From a virus (taxonomy: Duplodnaviria; Caudoviricetes), in the IMG/VR virus record IMGVR_UViG_3300014613_000678, positions 1-24,792 of that record: a stretch of 24,792 nucleotides of DNA; one strand, given 5' to 3'. The position numbers were made by a program, and so were the translations under genes. Under the pieces are notes generated by a model. The model had not been told where the DNA came from. It saw only the letters and a program-made list of their open reading frames with translations, and did not search any database. Below are positions 1-6,134 of the stretch, piece after piece (the stretch's first letter is position 1; every line of letters begins with the position of its first letter).

Positions 1-8
1 GAAAAGTG

Positions 9-89
9 ATGTGGTGGATCTTGCCTGTTTATAATCTAATTTGCGTTTTCATTCTCGTTTTGTTATTCAGTTATTGGGGTGCGCGGTGA
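9..89 (+). CDS. 26-aa hydrophobic micropeptide (MWWILPVYNLICVFILVLLFSYWGAR)
   Basis: Hand-translated and below the ORF-track cutoff. Single TM-like segment. Its TGA overlaps GTG at 86 of the next ORF (GTGA). Confidence 0.4.
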   Translation: MWWILPVYNLICVFILVLLFSYWGAR

Positions 90-280
90 GGTGGATTCGG
101 AATATGTCCTGGTTTAAGCGCAGGCGTTTGAAGCGGTTATTGAAGATTCAGATTCGTTTGATTGAGATATATCGGGAAACTGGTTGCTTTGATAACGAGT
201 TGAGGAGTATGGAACATAACATTAAGATAGAAATCGATCGGTTAAGGAAAGATCTTCGGTATCGGGGGCATGATGTTTAA
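86..280 (+). CDS. hypothetical basic phage protein
   Basis: ORF 41..280. The start is more likely GTG 86 (coupled to the upstream stop) or ATG 104. Overlaps the next gene. Confidence 0.55.
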   Translation: MRWIRNMSWFKRRRLKRLLKIQIRLIEIYRETGCFDNELRSMEHNIKIEIDRLRKDLRYRGHDV

Positions 281-653
281 GTACGCCAAGGGCAAGGGTT
301 TTAGTGGCACGGAGGATCATCGTTTGGACAAGATAGATCAGGGGGACGTGTTTGACATGCTGGTGGATCGTTTGGACGAGGAGTTGGGTAAGGACTTATA
401 CCCGGATACCAAGACTTTGAAAAGGGCGGCGGCCGCGGTGCGTTTGCACCAGATCACAATGGGATATCGCGCGGCTTTATGTGCGCATGATTTAAAGCAA
501 CTGGAATATTGGGGGGGCAAGATCGAGGAATTTTGCGTATCCAAACCGAGTGGGATACCCGAGAGTGTCGGCAAAGGTATAGACATGCTCATGGAGATAG
601 TTGCTCAGCAGTTGGGTGAGAGGCGTCGGCAGGAGATTACAGGAGGAGAATAA
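270..653 (+). CDS. hypothetical helical phage protein (small terminase subunit possible but unsupported)
   Basis: 127-aa ORF in the operon direction, coupled on both sides. No recognisable motif. Confidence 0.7.
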   Translation: MMFKYAKGKGFSGTEDHRLDKIDQGDVFDMLVDRLDEELGKDLYPDTKTLKRAAAAVRLHQITMGYRAALCAHDLKQLEYWGGKIEEFCVSKPSGIPESVGKGIDMLMEIVAQQLGERRRQEITGGE

Positions 654-682
654 TGGCAACTATTGATGAAGGAATAATTTAA
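653..682 (+). CDS. 9-aa mini-ORF MATIDEGII
   Basis: AGGAGG at 641-646, ATG at 653 overlapping the upstream TAA, and stop at 680-682 just before the tRNA-like element. Confidence 0.3.
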   Translation: MATIDEGII

Positions 683-683
683 T

Positions 684-757
684 GGGGTCGGGGGCGGTCG
701 GGAATCGCAATCCGAAAGGATATGAAGCAGGTTCGACTCCTGTCTTGGACTCCACCA
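684..757 (+). ncRNA. tRNA-like cloverleaf RNA with Ala identity elements and no anticodon loop
   Basis: Acceptor GGGGTC/GACTCC with G3.U wobble, discriminator A and encoded CCA. D-like stem GCGGT/ATCGC. ATCC-GAAA-GGAT in place of the anticodon arm. T arm GCAGG-TTCGACT-CCTGT. Confidence 0.7.
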
Positions 758-768
758 AAAGAGCGAGG

Positions 769-963
769 ATAGCGGGACTCATTGAGGACTACGAGAAAAA
801 GTATAAACGTGGGAACGTACGGGTGAAAATTCACTTGGACGGCACCTATGAGGTGCAGATACGGAACACTTATATCCCGATTATTGAACCGCGTTTTCCG
901 GTTCAGTTCAATAACCAATGGTCTATAAGGATGAAGTTTAAACCAGAGGATGAATATGTTTAG
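769..963 (+). CDS. hypothetical protein (start uncertain)
   Basis: 3' part of ORF 682..963. The 5' part coincides with the tRNA-like RNA, so the true start is probably downstream (ATA 769, ATT 781 or GTG 823). Confidence 0.4.
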   Translation: MAGLIEDYEKKYKRGNVRVKIHLDGTYEVQIRNTYIPIIEPRFPVQFNNQWSIRMKFKPEDEYV

Positions 964-1162
964 ATACGAATGTGACGGCTGCGACGAAATCATTTACAGC
1001 GAACCGCCTATTACCCTAACCGGCTACGGCCCCGAATGGATAACCCATTTCCATTCCCGTTCATGTTTTGAACGCTGGATAGGGCCTCAACTGTACTCGA
1101 AAGGTGAGGGTGATAACGTCAAGCCGCCCAAGATCCCATGTGTGCCTCTGAGTCAGCAATGA
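950..1162 (+). CDS. small putative zinc-binding protein
   Basis: CDGC ... HFHSRSC pattern typical of small phage Zn-finger proteins. GAGGA upstream of ATG 956. Confidence 0.6.
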   Translation: MNMFRYECDGCDEIIYSEPPITLTGYGPEWITHFHSRSCFERWIGPQLYSKGEGDNVKPPKIPCVPLSQQ

Positions 1163-1308
1163 GAAGCATATTACTCAAGGTTTGGTTTATAATAAATGCC
1201 TTTGTGCTTTTAGGAATTGCGATAGAGCAGAACTACACATCTTATGAGCATGAATGCGTTTTGAACTTGTTGTACGAGAGAATATTTAATGAAAAACCTA
1301 TTGCTTAA
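1159..1308 (+). CDS. 49-aa membrane micropeptide, paralog A
   Basis: Hand-translated MRSILLKVWFIINAFVLLGIAIEQNYTSYEHECVLNLLYERIFNEKPIA. ATGA overlap with the upstream stop. Gapless similarity to the next ORF. Confidence 0.65.
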   Translation: MRSILLKVWFIINAFVLLGIAIEQNYTSYEHECVLNLLYERIFNEKPIA

Positions 1309-1444
1309 TATCTGGTTCTTACTGAATGTGCCGATGGTGCTGGCCGTGGCGATTTGGAAAGGATCTTCTTCGACGGAACTGGACAGCGCACTTGGCAAGT
1401 TGTGTGACGAAGTTTGGAGGAAAACCTATCGAAGCAGCAGTTAA
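1289..1444 (+). CDS. 51-aa membrane micropeptide, paralog B
   Basis: Hand-translated MKNLLLNIWFLLNVPMVLAVAIWKGSSSTELDSALGKLCDEVWRKTYRSSS. 13 of the first 43 residues are identical to paralog A. Confidence 0.65.
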   Translation: MKNLLLNIWFLLNVPMVLAVAIWKGSSSTELDSALGKLCDEVWRKTYRSSS

Positions 1445-2273
1445 GAAATCAAGGGCCGATAAAGTCCAGTTAATAAATGGAACCGGTTTTCCCCTTCCAT
1501 CGGTTGTCGAGTTCAACATATGGGGTGACTGCAACCGTGCCTGCTCGTTTTGTCCCGTATCCACCAAGTATTATGACAGGCGCCCGGGTGGCATGGACTT
1601 CAACCTGTACGCGCAAATCATATACGAACTCATGCACCTGAAATTTAACGGCATGATATTGTTCTCTGCATTTTCCGAGCCGCTCTTGAACCCCACTATA
1701 GTTCAGTTCGTAAGACTCGCCAGAAACTTCCTGCCCTGCCACATCGAGATAAACACCAACGGGGATGCCATCAGGAAATGCCCGGATATACTGCATAACC
1801 TGTTCAAGTCCGGCCTGAATACCGTATCTATAAGTCTATACAGTAACCGTAACGGGCCAAAAGGAGGATTTGACGATCTGATAGAAATGTATTCGCCGGA
1901 TGAAATAAAAATACGCCGGCGGTATTATTCCGAAATGGAAAAGGATTTCGGTACGATACTGTCCAACCGCGGGGGCATATTCTTTTCAGATAAGCGTTTG
2001 CCCCTGAATCGCCAATGTTTCTACCCGTTTTATCAAATCACGATCGACATGGACGGGGACATGCTGTTGTGTCCTCACGACTGGCGCAAGATGCACGTAG
2101 TGGGCAACCTGAAAATGTCCACATTGCGGGAATTATGGACCGGGTCGGAAATGGAACTTACGCGGGCGTTATTGGCGGATAAGAAAAGAGATTTCGAGCC
2201 GTGCGTGTTGTGCGACGTGGACGGCACGCTCATGGGCGAGGGGCATTATAACAGGTGGATGGGTGGAGATTGA
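1428..2273 (+). CDS. radical SAM protein with C-terminal SPASM/twitch domain
   Basis: CxxxCxxC (CNRACSFC), FSEPLL, INTNG, ISLY, and SPASM-like CFYPF...DGDMLLC..DW...VGNL...PCVLCD. The ORF track start is 1326, but that overlaps paralog B. GGAGG at 1416-1420 points to ATC 1428; GTG 1404 is the alternative. Confidence 0.9.
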   Translation: MEAAVKKSRADKVQLINGTGFPLPSVVEFNIWGDCNRACSFCPVSTKYYDRRPGGMDFNLYAQIIYELMHLKFNGMILFSAFSEPLLNPTIVQFVRLARNFLPCHIEINTNGDAIRKCPDILHNLFKSGLNTVSISLYSNRNGPKGGFDDLIEMYSPDEIKIRRRYYSEMEKDFGTILSNRGGIFFSDKRLPLNRQCFYPFYQITIDMDGDMLLCPHDWRKMHVVGNLKMSTLRELWTGSEMELTRALLADKKRDFEPCVLCDVDGTLMGEGHYNRWMGGD

Positions 2274-2276
2274 ACC

Positions 2277-2939
2277 ATGAAAACCGCACTCATAACAGGC
2301 GCATCGGGCGGCATCGGGTTGGCAACCACACATCTGTTTCTCGAGCATGGGTACAGGGTGCTAGCGCATTATAACTCATCTCAAAACCAGTTGCCACTCG
2401 AATCGGATACATTAATTCATTTAGAATCTAATTTTGCCAATAACATGAACCCGGACTATTTCTTTCGGTGGGCAATAAAGCATTTTGGGATAATAGACGT
2501 GCTGGTAAACAGTGCTGGAACACATTGTTTAAATTACGATTATGTCATGGACATGAATCTTCGCGTACCGTTTATTTTGTCCAAGATTGCCATGACTCAC
2601 ATGAAAGAACACGGGGCCGGGTCGATTATAAACATATCGTCTATCGGGGTTAAATACGGTGGCAACCCGGAATTTGTTGTTTACACCATGAGTAAGGCGG
2701 CTCTCGAGGCCATGACGATTTGCCTCGCCAAGGAAGGCGCGCCCAATGTAAGGGTGAATGCGATCAGGGCAGGTATTACCAATACGAACTTTAAGTTTCA
2801 TGACGAAAAACGAATTTATATGGTGCCCATGAAGCGCATGGCGGACCCAAAAGAAATTGCCGAAGCCATTTATTTTCTCGCATCGGACAAGGCTTCTTAT
2901 ATCACCGGGTCTATCCTAACCGTGGCGGGAGGGGAATAA
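2277..2939 (+). CDS. short-chain dehydrogenase/reductase (SDR, FabG-like fold)
   Basis: ITGASGGIG (TGxxxGIG), DVLVNSAG, INISS, catalytic YTMSK (YxxxK), VRVNAI, ASYITG. Confidence 0.93.
   Translation: MKTALITGASGGIGLATTHLFLEHGYRVLAHYNSSQNQLPLESDTLIHLESNFANNMNPDYFFRWAIKHFGIIDVLVNSAGTHCLNYDYVMDMNLRVPFILSKIAMTHMKEHGAGSIINISSIGVKYGGNPEFVVYTMSKAALEAMTICLAKEGAPNVRVNAIRAGITNTNFKFHDEKRIYMVPMKRMADPKEIAEAIYFLASDKASYITGSILTVAGGE
2918..2939 (+). repeat. 22-bp direct repeat, copy 1 (AACCGTGGCGGGAGGGGAATAA)
   Basis: Exact match to 3336-3357. Forms the 3' end of the SDR gene. Confidence 0.95.
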
Positions 2940-2956
2940 AACCAAATTGTGTTAAA

Positions 2957-3331
2957 ATGACAAATTACCAAGAAAAATTTTATAAAGAATTACATTATAC
3001 TTTTATAACCTTTTGCGTTATATTTTTTGCAATAGTCTCAATTTTTGCGCTTTCACATATGTTAACAGTTATAGATTGGGAATATTCGATAGAAAGCGGT
3101 TGGACATGGGGAACTGAAGAAGAATGGATAAAATTACAAGCCGATTATAATGGAAAGTATGGAAAGAATGGATGGCGAGGTAGTTTTATTCCGAGAAGTA
3201 GGGCTGATGGGAATGATTGTATCGAAACTTTTGTTCCCGAAAGAATTACACTTTTTAGAGCTATGTATCTTAATTACGATCAATGGTCACTTAAAACGAT
3301 TATGATAGGTTCTGATAGATATATGGGGTAA
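2957..3331 (+). CDS. AT-rich inserted gene, N-terminally membrane-anchored hypothetical protein
   Basis: 124 aa with one hydrophobic segment (FITFCVIFFAIVSIFAL). Visibly more AT-rich than its flanks and bracketed by the 22-bp repeats. Confidence 0.75.
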   Translation: MTNYQEKFYKELHYTFITFCVIFFAIVSIFALSHMLTVIDWEYSIESGWTWGTEEEWIKLQADYNGKYGKNGWRGSFIPRSRADGNDCIETFVPERITLFRAMYLNYDQWSLKTIMIGSDRYMG

Positions 3332-3335
3332 ACAA

Positions 3336-3357
3336 AACCGTGGCGGGAGGGGAATAA
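3336..3357 (+). repeat. 22-bp direct repeat, copy 2
   Basis: Exact match to 2918-2939. Contains GGAGG (3346-3350) and ATA (3354) in frame with the terminase. Confidence 0.95.
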
Positions 3358-4973
3358 CGGATACCAAAGACAAGGTTAGCGAACTCTTAACATGCGGGTC
3401 GGACTTCTCGTATTGGTTGGCTAACTACGCGTATATCGAGGATAAGGTGCAGGGCGGGGCGATTAAGTTCAAGCTGTGGCCGAGCCAGTTACGCATCCTG
3501 CCCCTGTTCCTGTCCGCGGTCTATATATTCATCCTGAAAGCCAGACAGTTAGGTTTAACCTGGCTTACGGCTGCATACTGCCTGTGGTGCGCAATCTTTA
3601 ACCAGAATTACGAGGTGGTGGTAATATCGGCTAACGAGATGCTGGCAATTAAGTTCCTGGACCGCGTGAAGTTCATATTCGATAAATTACCCGACTGGAT
3701 GAAACCGCATGTGTATAAACGTACCACACAGCTCATGCACTTCGGGATCGAAGAGAAAGACACCAAAGGCAATATGCTTATAAACGGTCTAAACAGTATT
3801 ATCCAGAGCTTAACCACAACTCCCAAGGGCGCGCAGTCCATGACGGTTAATCTGTTAGTTTTGGACGAAGCTGCTCTGATAGAAAACATCAAGTCCATCT
3901 GGCGCTCATCCAAACCCGGGGTGGACTCCGCACAAGGCAGAATCATTGTTATATCGAACGCCATCAAGGACGGTATCGGTTGGCCCTGGTTCCGGCAGAA
4001 CTTTACCAAAGCGGTCAGAGGATTGGCTGGAAAGATCCAATACTTGTTCATGTCCTGGATGGATCACCCTAATCGAGGCCCGGACTTCATCACGCAGCAA
4101 AAACTCGAGGGCATGGATGACGACGATATATCCATGCACTATCCGGCAACCGTGGATGAAGCCATAGAGGCCCTGACAGGATCGTATTTCGGCAAGGTGC
4201 TGATACGTCATAAGGACTTTAAGCAGGGGAAACGTGGGTATCTGGAATACAATGACGAAGGCGGTATGAGGTTTGTCGAGAAAAACAATGGGTTAATGGA
4301 GGTTTGGGAAGAACCGGATGGTGAGGGTTGGCGCAACCGTTATTGTATATTCTCGGATGTGGCCGAAGGACTCGGCCTGTCAGAATCGGTTGCTTACATA
4401 TTCGACCGGGCGGAAAACAGGTTTATCGTTAAGTCTTCCAGCAGCAAAATAGACGCTGACCTGTGGGCACTGGAACTCATTATGCTGGCCCATTGGTGCG
4501 GGGATACACCCATGATAGCGCCTGAACGAAGCGGTGCGGGTCAGTCTACCATATTCAGACTAAGACGCGAAAAATACCCGCGTATATACCGTGACCGCAA
4601 GGAAGACCGTACGAAAAAGCGCGTGGGGTCTAATTACGGGTGGACGGAATCCAGAGATAATAAGCGTCTGTTGTCAAATGCGCTCCGGGCGTACCTGCGG
4701 GACAGTAAAGAGTCCGTACCGGATGGGCAGTTAATCGACCAATGTTCGACATATATCCGTCACCCAGACGGGCATTTAGGCAAGGAAGACGAGACGAAAA
4801 AAGATGATTGCGTGATTGCCGCCGGGGGGTGTATGATATTGCACAGCACGTTACCGGACGCTGAGCAACTTTGGGATACAAAAGATAGGTACATAATAAC
4901 AGCCATCGGCAGGAACATCACCCGAATGCCCTGGGGATCGACAGGTTCGACCAGAGATCCCTGGGTGGAATAA
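3354..4973 (+). CDS. terL: terminase large subunit (ATPase plus RNase H-like nuclease)
   Basis: Adenine-binding LWPSQ, Walker A LKARQLGLT, Walker B LLVLDEAA, coupling ISN, nuclease acidic motifs FSDVAEG and DDCVIA. The ORF track start is TTG 3417, but the frame is open upstream and encodes the typical ELLTCGSDFSYWLANY N-terminal helix. Confidence 0.95.
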   Translation: MTDTKDKVSELLTCGSDFSYWLANYAYIEDKVQGGAIKFKLWPSQLRILPLFLSAVYIFILKARQLGLTWLTAAYCLWCAIFNQNYEVVVISANEMLAIKFLDRVKFIFDKLPDWMKPHVYKRTTQLMHFGIEEKDTKGNMLINGLNSIIQSLTTTPKGAQSMTVNLLVLDEAALIENIKSIWRSSKPGVDSAQGRIIVISNAIKDGIGWPWFRQNFTKAVRGLAGKIQYLFMSWMDHPNRGPDFITQQKLEGMDDDDISMHYPATVDEAIEALTGSYFGKVLIRHKDFKQGKRGYLEYNDEGGMRFVEKNNGLMEVWEEPDGEGWRNRYCIFSDVAEGLGLSESVAYIFDRAENRFIVKSSSSKIDADLWALELIMLAHWCGDTPMIAPERSGAGQSTIFRLRREKYPRIYRDRKEDRTKKRVGSNYGWTESRDNKRLLSNALRAYLRDSKESVPDGQLIDQCSTYIRHPDGHLGKEDETKKDDCVIAAGGCMILHSTLPDAEQLWDTKDRYIITAIGRNITRMPWGSTGSTRDPWVE

Positions 4974-4987
4974 AGGAGAAACCCATA

Positions 4988-5206
4988 ATGACGAAAAATT
5001 TTATATTAATTCTTTGTTGTTTATTTTTGGCTTCTTGTACCATTTCGAGCACCAGGTGGCATGAAACTGAATATCAAACAAAAAGTGGTATCCCTGTAGT
5101 GATAAAGACTACAACCACATTAAAATTTGGTTTTGGCGTAGACAAAGAGGAAAAATCAGAATTTGTAGATATTTATACCGAAAAATTCTATGAACAAGGA
5201 GATTAA
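4988..5206 (+). CDS. small putative lipoprotein (AT-rich)
   Basis: Signal peptide with lipobox LASC. AAGGAG RBS. Confidence 0.7.
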   Translation: MTKNFILILCCLFLASCTISSTRWHETEYQTKSGIPVVIKTTTTLKFGFGVDKEEKSEFVDIYTEKFYEQGD

Positions 5207-5207
5207 A

Positions 5208-5531
5208 ATGAAGAAGGAAAAACCAGTATTGAAATTAAAAGGCGGACTTATCTTAACCGGGAAAGAAAATATGCCGCGTCCGGGCAAGGCGACTTTTCGC
5301 ATTCAAGGCATGGCGGATGGTGCCGGCAAAATCCTCATGGAACGCGAATTATCCATACGTTCCGATATGTTACCTGAGGTCTTGACAAGCAAGCATATTT
5401 ATGGTACGGTCGAGGTTACTTTTTTTGAAACAGTCCCGAACAATACCGTATATGAAGCTGCCGTGGCTGCCGAAGCCTCACGCCGAACCCGCATCCCTAA
5501 ATCGACCAAGAAAAAAGCTCGTGCCAATTAG
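5208..5531 (+). CDS. hypothetical protein
   Basis: ORF 5190..5531. AAGGAG precedes ATG 5208. Basic N- and C-termini. Confidence 0.65.
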   Translation: MKKEKPVLKLKGGLILTGKENMPRPGKATFRIQGMADGAGKILMERELSIRSDMLPEVLTSKHIYGTVEVTFFETVPNNTVYEAAVAAEASRRTRIPKSTKKKARAN

Positions 5532-6069
5532 CACCGACGAACTAGGTTATAAAGCCTACGTCCTGAACGAATGGATCGAGGATGTGAATAACTGGGTGAT
5601 TCATTTGGATGGCAAAGACTATACGCGTTATGATCCTAAAGAAGTGGCACGCATGAAGATGGACAGGTTCATGTACGAAAACCTGGTGGCTATCGGGCGG
5701 GTCGTATTCAAAGGATTTGGCAAGATTTACAAGGAGTTAATGATAACGTCCGATAAATACAAGTTGAGCGAAATACCCGGCGAGTTAATTGCTAAGGTGC
5801 TGACTGCGTTTTTCTCCCCACCGGATCAGGACGGCATGACACCCCGGACAGCGGTTGCGTTCGGCAACCATATAATCTGGGAAGCCAAGTGGTGGCCTCC
5901 GGGCGATTACGTTAAGCAATTGGTCGAGAAGCGTAACTTCATGACTCTGCCTGAGTTTCAGGTATGGGCGCACATTATTGACGACAAGTTCCACGAAGTC
6001 GGGGGCGGCAATAACGTCCCGAATTACATCACGCACAAACCATTTTCACAGGTACCGAAAGGAGATTAA
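5521..6069 (+). CDS. hypothetical protein
   Basis: ORF 5401..6069. GTG 5521 gives a short coupled overlap with the upstream gene rather than a 131-nt overlap. Confidence 0.7.
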   Translation: MPISTDELGYKAYVLNEWIEDVNNWVIHLDGKDYTRYDPKEVARMKMDRFMYENLVAIGRVVFKGFGKIYKELMITSDKYKLSEIPGELIAKVLTAFFSPPDQDGMTPRTAVAFGNHIIWEAKWWPPGDYVKQLVEKRNFMTLPEFQVWAHIIDDKFHEVGGGNNVPNYITHKPFSQVPKGD

Positions 6070-6071
6070 TC

Positions 6072-6134
6072 ATGCCGTGTGGCAGCAAAGGTAAAGGAAA
6101 AGGCAAGGGTAAGGGTAAAGGGAAGGGTAAATAA
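6072..6134 (+). CDS. 20-aa Lys-Gly repeat micropeptide MPCGSKGKGKGKGKGKGKGK
   Basis: AAGGAG RBS. Exactly fills the gap to the portal ATG. All four Gly codons and both Lys codons are used. Confidence 0.75.
   Translation: MPCGSKGKGKGKGKGKGKGK

Noticed and set aside
270-653. Firm call as small terminase subunit
   Set aside because: Size and upstream position are compatible, but no HTH or family motif can be identified by eye.
684-757. Canonical decoding tRNA or full tmRNA
   Set aside because: There is no 7-nt anticodon loop, and no tag ORF or pseudoknot region between the 5' and 3' ends.
2940-3335. IS element or homing endonuclease insertion
   Set aside because: No transposase, HNH, GIY-YIG or LAGLIDADG motifs and no terminal inverted repeats were seen.
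2918-3357. CRISPR mini-array
   Set aside because: Only two repeats, about 400 bp apart, with a gene between them. No cas genes.
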